From Chrysomallon squamiferum (Eukaryota; Animalia; Mollusca), in the NCBI GenBank assembly GCA_012295275.1, contig CM022671.1, forward strand, positions 33,976,001 through 34,040,000: 64,000 bases of DNA. Direction: 5' to 3'. The translations under genes and the position numbers were made by a program. Shown here piece by piece: positions 52,913 through 64,000 of the stretch; the stretch's first letter is position 1; each line of letters starts with the position of its first letter. Under the pieces are notes generated by a model that had not been told where the DNA came from, did not search any database, and saw only the letters and a list, made by a program, of their open reading frames with translations.

Positions 52913-54128
52913 AAGATATAGGTGTATATATAAACCTCTGATAAATAAAAAATACATGATTTCCTTTAGAGTGTATTTTTATCTACATTTGAAATTCTTT
53001 AGAAGAGCTTTAAACAATTATTGATAAAGCTTTTCTTTTGGAATTACATTTTTGATATGGCTTTATTTTCTAGCTAAACATATTTCACCTTAAATTTATC
53101 ACGGTGAAATCCAGAATTTTCCCCATGTTTTTAAAGAACTCTTACACATGTTATTCACACATACGTTCATAAATGTATGTTTCACAAGATGGAAAATATG
53201 TATTTCTGTAGCTGGTTTACTTTTTGTTTATTTTGTTGACTGTCAGGTTGTTTGGTTGGTTGCTTGAATGGCTGTGGGTTTTTCAGTTATTACACCACAT
53301 CAGTTGAGAACCTACATTTTGGGGGCCCTGACGCTTGAACAATTGTGGGGCTCTTTGCAAGGAGCAACAAGGTCTGGGTAACTACTCTTATCTTCTGTGG
53401 TAATGTATTCCATCTCAAATTTTGATTAAAATTTTGAATAAATGTGGTCTGAAGTCATTTCTGGGGCCTGTCTGGGATTAGGGGCCATCAGGTTTAACCT
53501 TCATTAGTTTCATATTAGATCTGCCACTGCTCACCATTTATAAAAACCAAATCATTCACCTTTATTGTCTACATGTGGGGTTTTTTTTTGAGACAGAAAA
53601 AAAGGGGTTTATTTGATACACACATTAAAATATTTTTTTATCTGCTGTCAAAAGGCTTTGTAGGATTAAGTGTAGAATTAAAGGTTCACAATTTCTCTTT
53701 TTTCTTGCTGGTTCACTTTATTTTGCTTGCCAGAAATGAATTTGCAGATGTATCCATTAAAAAACATTGTTGAGAAAATTGTTGCATGTACAGTATGGTA
53801 GAACTTAAACTTTCCAAAATTTTGGAAATGTTTCTTCAGAGATTTTTGGAATTTTGCACAAAAATAGATATATGCATTTTGAAAAAATTATATATATACA
53901 TATATATATATATATATTTCTTTAAAATCAAAAAATCTTGTGAAAATGTACTGCCTTTGGGAATTTTGCTTTATTGAATAGGGGAGTAGTTTATCTTTTA
54001 ATAATCCACTGAAGTGCTTGTAATACAATTTATCATATTTTTTGGAGGTTATATGCTTAGATAATTCAGTCTGTTTCTTTTTATTTTATCCTAATTATTT
54101 GTATATTTATATCTATTTTTATTTTTAG

Positions 54129-54186
<58 letters not shown>

Positions 54187-54973
54187 GTTATTATTATTAT
54201 CAGAATCATTTTCTTTTCTATTAAAGTTGTTATTACTATTGGCTGTTAACAGTGATTTTTCATCAGTTTTTGTTTTGTTTGTTTATTTTATTATACTAAT
54301 TAATAGTTAATGTGCCAATCATAAATTTTGTTTATTACAAATATGGAAAAATAAACACAGGAGGAGAATTGTGTATTTGTTGTTTATTTAATCTTTAACT
54401 CTGTTGTCATATTAGTTTCAAAACACATAATAGTCACAGGTATAAGGATATAAAAATAAATAATGTTTGGTTATGGCTGTATTACAAAAGTATAACAAGG
54501 ACTGTCATATATTTAACACACATTGCATTTTAATTTATATGCTAAATGTTTTCAACCAGTAATATATTGTTTGAATTATAAATAATCTCCACTGAAATCA
54601 CTGCAGCAAATAAAATGTATGGTTGTATTAAAGGTCTGTTTGAAGAATTATTTAATACATGTAGATAGCTATATCAAAAAGACCAACTAAAAAAAAAAAA
54701 TAAAAAAAAAATAGAGAAAACACTTCAGAGTTAATTCCCAATTATGTTTTATAAGATTCTATGCCAATATTGATTTACCTATTTCTTTAATAATGTATTG
54801 GTTGCTGAATCAATGTAGTTGACCCACAGTGTGTTCAATAATTGACAGATATATTAAATAATGCTGTCATTTTCACTGTGTGTGTATGTGAAATATGCTA
54901 GCAAGAAAAATACAACAAGTTTCTTCATTCAAAAAGCAAAACGTAGCATTGAATCATTTCCTGAACCATTAAA

Positions 54974-55024
<51 letters not shown>

Positions 55025-55199
55025 TCATTCATTAATAAAACCAAAAACTGCTTTAAGATAATACCAAATAAATAAATAAAACAGATGTTAATTGTTACCT
55101 GCTTTTAAACTTTTTTCTTTAAAATAAATAAATAAATAAATAAATTCCTTTGTTTTGTTGGGGATTTTTTTACCTAGTGTATCCATGACAAATCTCTCA

Positions 55200-56400
55200 T
55201 AAAGACGTACTAAAACATTATGACGTCATGTGACATTGTGACGTATGTCTTGTATCTAAAATGTTTACTATGCATTTCTAGAACGTCGTGTGAACAAAAT
55301 GAAGGAGCAACGATTAATAATAAATATTTTACTTACAAGTAAGAACTTAATAATAGATATAAACATGTATATATATTCCGGGTGCAAGCATATCCAAGCG
55401 AACGTCTTTGTGGTTTGTATTGATAAGTTATAATTATATATAATAATAATAATAATAATGTTTTTTTCTTTAACTCTTAGGCCTTTATATATAATGAACA
55501 GACTAGAAATTGTAAATAATAACAGGAGTAAAGGTGATGTGGTACGTGTATGAGTTACTAAAGAGACTATACATTGCTGCTTGCAGTTCATTTGTTGAAA
55601 ATGGACGAAATCTTAAATCATAAAATAAATGTGGACAAAATGATAGTTAACTTAGTGCAGAGAAACACAAAACATCAATGTAAAATAAATAAGAGTAGAA
55701 AAAAAATCTGGCGACAACATTATAAATAATATTAACGATGAAAGCTCTTATTGGATCGTAAAAAAGAACTAAGGTGACCTAGTATAGTTAAACCGTTACG
55801 TCATTGGTCACGTGACAAAGGGTATTCCACAAAGCTGGCCAGTCACATACATAGAATATGTACTGAAGGAAGTCATCTGGTTTTTCTCCGAGTTCATTAG
55901 GACTTACAGGTACACTTTACTGTTATTTCTGGTTATATTACTTGTAAACGAAAATATGAAAACATTTTGTCACAGGTATTACCTTATAAAAACAAAATTA
56001 TTTTGTTAAGTCAGGTAAAGCAGCAGTGTTACTAATTTTGAAACTTCAGTGTATAAATTATAAAAGTCGAAAGAAGACCGAAAAGCGGCCTACATTTTTA
56101 ATGGTTGCACATGTTCACGTGCTTAATTTGTTAATTCCTAATATTTAAGTTGATTGTAAGAATGGCATATTAAAAAGGTATATTAACTGCTAATTTACAT
56201 GAGTTATTCCCGCCAAATTTCCCTAAAAAGATCACGTTCGTGTTGATACAGGTATTGATTGTAATCTGTAGATTATCTCCCCTAGCTCAAGAAGGTGCTC
56301 GGTCGGTGCGCCTTTAATTGTGTTTTCTGTGAACTACCTGCTAGATCACTGACCCTGTATTTAGTGATGCGCACAGACGCATGTAGACCCGAGACCCGTT
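55200..56400 (+). promoter_or_regulatory. Promoter and non-coding first exon(s) of the glutaredoxin/TGR gene
   Basis: CpG-retaining block with TGACGTCA (55221-55228), a composite TTACGTCA-ATTGG-GTCACGTGAC (55796-55816) and an E2F-type TTCCCGCCAAA (56207-56217). Candidate donors CAG|GTACAC (55910) and CAG|GTATTG (56251); acceptor at 57311. Confidence 0.6.
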
Positions 56401-57382
56401 CATTTAATATTTGTATTTCTTATTAATTTTATTAATATTTTGAACATACTATAATTTATATATACGGTTATACTGAAATATTTGAGTATTACTATTATTA
56501 GTATTACTTAATTTACTATTAGACTTTCATTCATGTTAATCATTAATGCTATCAATTTCTGTTGACTACTGACTATTCAATCTATTCACTATTGTATTCA
56601 ATATTTCGATTTATAATGTTATAAAGAAATTTATATTGGTTAATTTGATCTTATTTAATTAAAATTAAAAACTGAAAACACAATACTTATTGTTACAATG
56701 TTGAACCAGATATATGGAGTCAATATTTTAAATAAATATTTTTTAACACTTTAATTAATAATTGTATGGAGTAAAGAAAATTAACAGGATTTGTTTTGTT
56801 TTGTTTTATTTTGTTTTTTTAATTATGTTAAGAAATTGAAAACAAAATATATTTATTTATTTTTTATTTATACAAGAATTTAAATTATAAGAATGTGACA
56901 CACACACACACACACACACACAGTGTAAAACCTTGAGATGGTAGAAATAATTAATAATACCTGTCATTAGATATATATATATATTTTTTTTATTTATTTT
57001 TTTATTATGAATATTATTAGTAGTAGTAGTATTTTTTGTTTCCTTATGTAAACTGAAGTTTAGATTTTTTCATATACATGTATACAACAATGATCAGTTA
57101 TGGATTTCTGGGGTTAGGCATCTTGTTTATATCTTTACTGCTTTCCTTTTAAAAAAATTAACAAGACAAAACGTTAATCTCCATGCACCTGATTCATTAA
57201 CAAAAGCAGTTCTGAAGTCTAAACAAATCAGTCATGTGGAAGTATTGAATATACATTTTTGCTGTTTTTTTTGTACAGATACTAAAGTGATTATATTTTC
57301 GTGTTTTACAGGTGACACATAAACTGACATCATTAAACGATCACGGTCTCCATCAGACTCAAACACATCTGGCAAGAAGAAG

Positions 57383-60300
57383 ATGCCTCCTGCCGGCCTT
57401 TCCAGTGACATCAAGACTGAGATAGAAATATCCATCAAGAACAACCATGTGATGGTTTTTAGCAAATCAAAATGTCCTTACTGCCTCAAGGTACGATGTC
57501 TTTATAGCTTGGTTTTCTTTATTTTGTTAAATGTAGCTGCAGGTGTACATGTGAACAGATGTATGTATGTTTGATCATAGTTATGGACATTTTTCTCCAC
57601 TTTTTTACTTCAGCTTTGAATGGTACTAACTATTGTTTGTAAAAATTCAGATATAGACCTATACACAAACATACAGACAGGCCTATGCATGTACATACAC
57701 AGATATAATACATATATATATACAGATAACTGCATATGTGACTATATATATATATATTTTTTTTTTATTAAACTGTTTTATAAGCTTGTTGATAATTAAA
57801 GATTTTAAAGGCAGTATTTGAAAAAAATAAATAAAAAAAAGTATTTGTGAAAGTGAAAAATTGCAGATTTCAAGAAGTGAACATTTTATTTATTCTAAAC
57901 ATTTCTAAACAATTTTAGAACTGCTACCAATGCACTAGTTACTTTTTTCTCTTGAAATTGTCTATTTCAATCAATTATGAATAAGTTTACATATTTACAA
58001 TATATTTATGTTTTTTGTTTATTCTTTTTTACGAAAAGGTGAAATAAAACATTTTATTATATTTAAAAAAAATAAAAATATGTTTGGTATGTTTGAATAT
58101 TCTATATGATTATGAGAATGTATATTAAATATACATATATGTACATACAATTATCTACATATAGAAACCAGGATGTGACTATTTATTCCATGACTCAGCA
58201 CAAAGTGAATTAAGTACATCAAGAAGAAATGAAGGACAGTTAGGACATAATTAGCTTCTTTTGTTGAGATGAAAGTTGTTTGAAAAAGAAAAAGACTGTT
58301 TTTCAAAAATTATTTCAGTTTTTGTTTTATTTTTTAATTCTCTTCTTTGAATCAAATTTCATCTTTACAAGTCTGCATCTGTCACATTTTAAAATGTTCT
58401 TTTGTTTTGTTGTTAACATTGTTTTGACACCAACATTTCCATTTGTAATTATAGGCATTTAAAAAATGTGTTTGTGTTTGTTGTAATGTATACTACAATG
58501 TAGGCAGGGGTTTCTATTTGTAAATGCATGTAACTATTAAAGTATTATTTATTAAAATGTTCAGTTTGTAAAAAGAAAACATATCTAGGTATATATTTAG
58601 TGTTATGGATATTTCTTTTTTCTTGTAGCTATTAAATAAAACAAGAACATTTTTGAGTTTTATATATTATTTCCATAAATTATGTGAATTTGTAAAAAAT
58701 ATGTCTTTAACTTACACTAAAAACCTTAACATTAATACCACAAACAATAAATAAATTCAAAAAAAAAAAAAAAAAAAAAAAGTGTTAATAACAACATGTT
58801 TAAAACTGTGTCCTTGGTATTCTGAATGGCTCGGGTCAAAACCGATTTGGTTTCCATCTACATAAAATAAACAACAACTCAAATACTGCTAGTATCAATC
58901 TAACTGAAACTGCTTTTCACCAGAACCAATTTGGATTCCATACTCAGAATAATAACAGTCTCAGTGTTACCGGTATCTGTTCAGTGTTTGTTGAATGAAA
59001 ACAGATTTCAGTCAGTCTTTTATTCATTGCACACTGGAAGCTAAGAGACTGACACACCCCAGTGAACAGCACAGCTTGCCTGTACTGGCGTGTCGCTCTT
59101 GTTGTCTAGTCGTAAAAGTACAAACAGGGTTAAGCACCATTCAGTTTTATTGTTGTAATTTTCCCAATAAATCGGCCCATTGTTAAAGGTTTAATTAGGC
59201 ATCTGTACAGTGTGCTTCTGTTGATGTTTTAAACACGAGGGAAATGAGTTATCAATTCGTTGGTCTGGTGTTATTGATTACTAAACATGAATGATACAGT
59301 TTTATATTTATATATTGAATAAAATGTCAAATTTATGATAATAGTTATGCATATACACATTACATATGCATATAAATAAGAACATGCATGTAAAAATATT
59401 TATGTTCATAAATACATATACATCCATACATACACCATACATTAACACTTATAATACATTGAATTTTGTCTACATTTTATCCAATTACAGGACAAGTTAA
59501 AAATACTGAAATTAGCTTTAGACCACATACTAGCCAAAATCTGAGGGGGGTCTAGGCAAGAAATAATTAATTTCATGTCTGTACTGAATCAATATTAAAA
59601 CCAATAGAGAAAAAAAAACATGTTCTTAGGTTTGTTTCACTGGTTGAACAATACTGTTAGCTCCCACAGGAGTCATAAAAAAATAATAAAAAGTTACATA
59701 CATTTAATAGCCACAGTAATATCACTGTACACCATAAAATGTCATTATTACGGTGTTTGAAAGCAAACTGTTGATATTGCTGTTAAATGTGAAACACATT
59801 ATTTGTGTTCCAGTCTCTATGTATTTCTGTATTCATGTTTGTTTTTAACTGTCTACTGAGTTAACAAAACATGCAAACAAATACACATGCCCATGTTCTC
59901 TCAGACATCAAACCTCCCAACAGTAATTTTTTATTTTTTTCAATTTGTTCTGCTATGATAAAAGTTTTATCTCTAACACATAATAAATTGTATTTTGAAT
60001 AGGTAAGCATTGTATAAATGTGATTTATAGAAAACTGAAATAAAGATGTAAATTCATTTCTGTATAATAAATGGTATATTGAATAGGTATGCAGTTGTAT
60101 TGGCAAGTGATAAGGCACAAGTTCATTTGTTGTTTTTTGGGGGGGGCAGGGGGGTGTTATTATAATTTTTGTCTAACTGTAAATGTTTTATGCAATAAAG
60201 ACACCCTTGCTCACATCATCTGTATGGTAAACCAATTCACCAACAGAAAATTTTGGTTACTTTCCACTGACTTGCGATTTAAAACTGATCTGCACTGTTA

Positions 60301-62142
60301 AAATATTTGATTCATTATGACTTAGCTGCAAATCATACTGACTAGATAACCAGTCTAATATAATTATAATTTTCAATTATTTTGTTGTGGATGATCTGTG
60401 ATTGCTAATAACAAAGCATGACAATAATTTATTGATATTTTCAAAAGTTTCAAACGTAATTGTTTTATCCCTTCACCACAATTTGTGTTGTCATTGAATG
60501 AATCTTATCCAACAGTTCTGTGTTTTCTGACACCACTGGAAGAAACTAGAGCAAATCAGTCCAGCTTTATTCCTCAGTATTATAATTAGAGAAAACAGGA
60601 CATTTTGTTCTGGTATTTTGTTATCAAGATTGGACTGTCAAAAAGTGCAACTTAACTTGATGGAATCCTGAAAAAAAATCAGAGTAGTTCTTTTTATTCG
60701 AAAAAAAAAAATATTCATTACAAGTAGGAGATTGGGCAGGACAAATTAGAAATGTGGAATTAACTTTACTACCTTGAGCTTATCCCCTTTTTTTTTTCTT
60801 TTTTTTTTTTGGTTATCCATTGATCCAGAGAAAATGTGTGTGATTACCATTTATTAAAAAAAATTTATTTGTTTTCATCCTTCAGATAAAGGACCTTTTA
60901 CAACATTTGAATGTTGAGTACAAAGCACTGGAACTGGATCTAATAAGTAAGTTGTACAAATCTACCATTTTTAATTGACAAATTTTTGTTGTGGTGTTAA
61001 AATATCCAAATAACACACACACACACACACACGTACACAGCAAATGATTTCTATTTTCATAAATATATACATGTACAGAAAGCTTGGTATCTTTGAACAT
61101 ACACATACACAAACACAATCCAAAGTAGTGAAAAAAAAATATATTCGTTTCTGTTGTATTTTCCACCATGGTTCTCCAGAAGTGTTTGAGAAGTATTGAA
61201 TATTCAGGGTAATGTTCATTGATTTCCTCTATTGACAATAAATATATTACTGCAGCTAACAGTATTTGTTGTATATTAAAAACATGATTATAGTGTCCAC
61301 ATTTGATATAATCAGCTAGCTATTTAATATGAGTAATAGCATTAAGTCTTTCACTAGATAGGTAAGGCTATTCCAATTGAAATAATTAATGTTGTTCTTA
61401 CAGATGGGTAATACTTACCATTGTAATACATGTGCTTGGGCACATGTATGTGTGTGAAAGTAGAAATTTCAAATTAATTAATTTGTATACTTATATTTTA
61501 TTTTAAACAAAGGTCATCATAAGCCTTCCCAGTCATCACTTTAGTCTTTTACAGATGGCAAATAAAGTTCATTTTAAAACTAAATTAAACATTTAACATG
61601 TCAAACAATTTTAACAAAATACGAGAGAAAAAAGAAAAATTAGCTGGGATGACAAAATGAACAATATCCACTGAAAAGAACCTGTACAATGGTATGAAAC
61701 AGTCCTAAGACAATAGTTTTGTCTCATATCAAGCTTACTTTTTTTTCTTTTTCTTTTTTAAGTTATCCCATATTGCAATACAACACAGCCATTTTTCTTC
61801 CTTAGTTCTTTATTAACACTACAGATGTACTTCAAGTTTACAATTTATATTTGTAATCATTTCAGTTGCCATAATTCATGTTTTCAGTAAAGAAAAATCA
61901 AGATTTTTCTTTCTCTCATCCATTCCCTGGGTAGGGAGGGGTGCCTGCCTTCAACATGTAGCAAACATTTTTATAGTTTTGGTTGAAATTTTTCTGGCTG
62001 GAGTGAGGGTTTTTTATGGGGGAGTTACTGTTTTTCTATTAATATATATTTCTAGAACACACAGACAAGTATCAGCAGATTCTGAAAGAACTGACAGGAC
62101 GCAAGACAGTGCCACTTGTGTTTATTGGTGGAAAGTTCATCG
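57383..62142 (+). CDS. TGR: Dithiol glutaredoxin domain (CPYC), probably the N-terminus of thioredoxin-glutathione reductase; 3'-partial
   Basis: Exons 57383-57490 (MPPAGLSSDIKTEIEISIKNNHVMVFSKSKCPYCLK), 60886-60946 (IKDLLQHLNVEYKALELDLI) and 62056-62142 (KHTDKYQQILKELTGRKTVPLVFIGGKFIG), ending at a phase-1 donor. The Grx motifs CPYC, TVP and FIG are clear. The TGR assignment rests on the MPP start shared with flatworm TGRs; a standalone Grx is not excluded. Confidence 0.85.
58190..58200 (+). promoter_or_regulatory. Antioxidant response element (Nrf2/CncC-sMaf site)
   Basis: ATGACTCAGCA is a full match to RTGACnnnGCA with an embedded AP-1 site, in an intron of a redox gene. Confidence 0.55.
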
Positions 62143-63629
62143 GTAAGTATAAATGTATAGTATTGTTAATGTTTGTATAAGGACTATTACTGTTACATTT
62201 ACCCAGGTGTTTTTCTTACTAGACTCTGCTATTAATGAGTAGAAACATGAATAATGTATCTATTTGAGTTTTGTTATAACAGTATCTCAGTAGTGTACAG
62301 GCGAGTAGAATTATGGTTAATCTATCCAGCTGCAGTTGTTACATGAAACTGTTAGAACAACTTATACATGTGCGTGGAGATGAATCTCACTGAATGAATG
62401 AATACATTTAACAACACACTAGCACAATAAACATATCAACTATTGGGTGTCAAACCTAAGATAAATATAACAAAATGACGATTACTTTATATATAAAAAA
62501 TCAAGTTAATTTTTTAAAATATGCTGTAATGTTTATTACAAGATAATTACCAATAAGTAGAATTTATTATTAATGTAAACAGATATAAAATAGCATGGTT
62601 GATAGACACATGCGTTTACTGCCATTTTATTTATCAGTGTGATATATATCTTAAAATAATTTATAAGAATTTTTTATTTTTGTTTTAAACATTTATTTAA
62701 AAGAAAATCCTGTAGTATTATTTTACTGCTGCAACAGTTTATTAAAATATTTTGGAACCTATCTAGACATGCAGTAATATTCTGGAGGTCTTAACTCCTA
62801 AATTAAGCAACCTTATATGTTGACTTTAGTTAAATAACTGTAAAATGATTTAAGTATAAAAAATAGAAATAAAAGCTGATTAAAATAGGCATTTCATTTT
62901 CAAAAGCATGTGACAGTAGTCAAACTATATGCATAATATGGCTATCATTCTTGAACAATGATCCACTGTGTTTGTGTGTGTGTGTGTGTGTGTGTATGTG
63001 CATGCATACAAGTGTCTGATTATTTTGCTCTTACTAGTTCAAGGCAATGTGATTAAATAAATAATAATTCCCTTATTTGTTGTTGTTTTTACTATTTATT
63101 ATTTTCAATTTAAAAAAAAATGTAGATATCTAAAAACTGGGTGGGTGATGGGAATGATCATATGTAATGACTAACTGTAAAATTAAGCAATAAAAGTAAA
63201 ACAAAAATAAGATACATAATTTGTTACCATTTTTATTATGAAATTTAAAAAGATCATGATGAACTGATCTTTGTTATATATAAATTACCGATAACGACGC
63301 TATTAGTTACTTTAGTATTATTATTAGTTCAGTACTTGTATATGTACTATTAATGTTAGTATTAATTTTAAGATAAATAAATAAATAATCTCGTATCTTG
63401 AAGAGATACTAGTTAAACTATATTCATATTCATAAATACGTAGATCATGTGATTGTGTCGACTTAATTGAAATATTAAAATGTAAAGGGTAAAAAAGAAA
63501 ATACAACGTAAGAGAAAAATAAACATCATGAAATTGATGAATACGTAGGCAGAGAAAAAAACAACAAAATTGTTGTAGTTGTTTTCATATTCTATATCTA
63601 AACTGTCCTACATTATCTGTTCTGTTTTT

Positions 63630-64000
63630 CCTTCTCGCACTGGAGCTAAATTGTCAGCGTTACATTACAGTCAAATCGGACGCCATTTATAGCTCGCACC
63701 AATCACGTGAACACTTTCGTCAAATCGGTGCCTTGGAAATATATGGTAGTACGTCATAGCTCCTTATGTGGAAATTATCCAGGATTTCCTTTCTCCAAAA
63801 CTATTATTGTCTCCGAAATTTAACTGGGAATACCGTGATGTGAAGGTCGTTGTAATATAGGGGAGGTAATTATGCGGACGCCGGAATGCAGCATGACACT
63901 GTTTGTGTTAAGAAAACGTACACTAACAGATATCTAAGATGACTCAATTAAACGCGAAAGTGACAGCAGAAATCGGCGGTTGGTTGATAGACACAACATT
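63630..64000 (+). promoter_or_regulatory. Candidate internal promoter within the Grx/TGR intron
   Basis: CpGs return abruptly. YY1-like CGCCATTT (about 63681), CCAATCACGTGA (63699-63710), TACGTCA (about 63750) and AP-1 TGACTCA (63940-63946). Confidence 0.5.

Noticed and set aside
57312-57382. N-terminal mitochondrial-targeting extension of Grx/TGR upstream of the MPP start
   Set aside because: An in-frame TAA at 57320-57322 closes the frame within this exon.
57383-64000. Selenocysteine codon or SECIS element
   Set aside because: These would lie at the 3' end of a TGR gene, beyond the window. No in-frame TGA occurs in the visible exons.

Overview
AT-rich, microsatellite-dense animal genomic DNA, probably a gastropod mollusc (inferred from an interspersed repeat I recall from peltospirid snail DNA). 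Almost every entry in the ORF track is microsatellite noise, so I rebuilt the real genes by hand from GT-AG splice sites and frame continuity. Five genes are supported. (1) A 13-exon, ~1164-aa Notch-ligand-like gene (minus, 25862-14587) with an unusual layout: signal peptide, C2/MNNL, DSL, 15 EGF repeats, mucin stalk, SEA/ferredoxin-like domain with a GSVI motif, TM helix and a short FxNxxY tail. (2) Its tandem paralog (minus, 12173-4310, 10 exons, ~622 aa) with matching intron phases, a degenerate C2/DSL, only 2 EGF repeats and a long Tyr-rich tail. (3) An ankyrin-repeat/SOCS-box gene (minus, 34035-31676). (4) A 13-exon SLC37/GlpT-family MFS transporter (plus, 36372-51511), head-to-head with gene 3. 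(5) The first three coding exons of a CPYC glutaredoxin domain, probably thioredoxin-glutathione reductase (plus, from 57383, running off the window), with a perfect intronic ARE and a candidate internal promoter. The most novel candidate system is the divergent DSL pair: a mucin-SEA ligand next to a receptor-like or decoy paralog.
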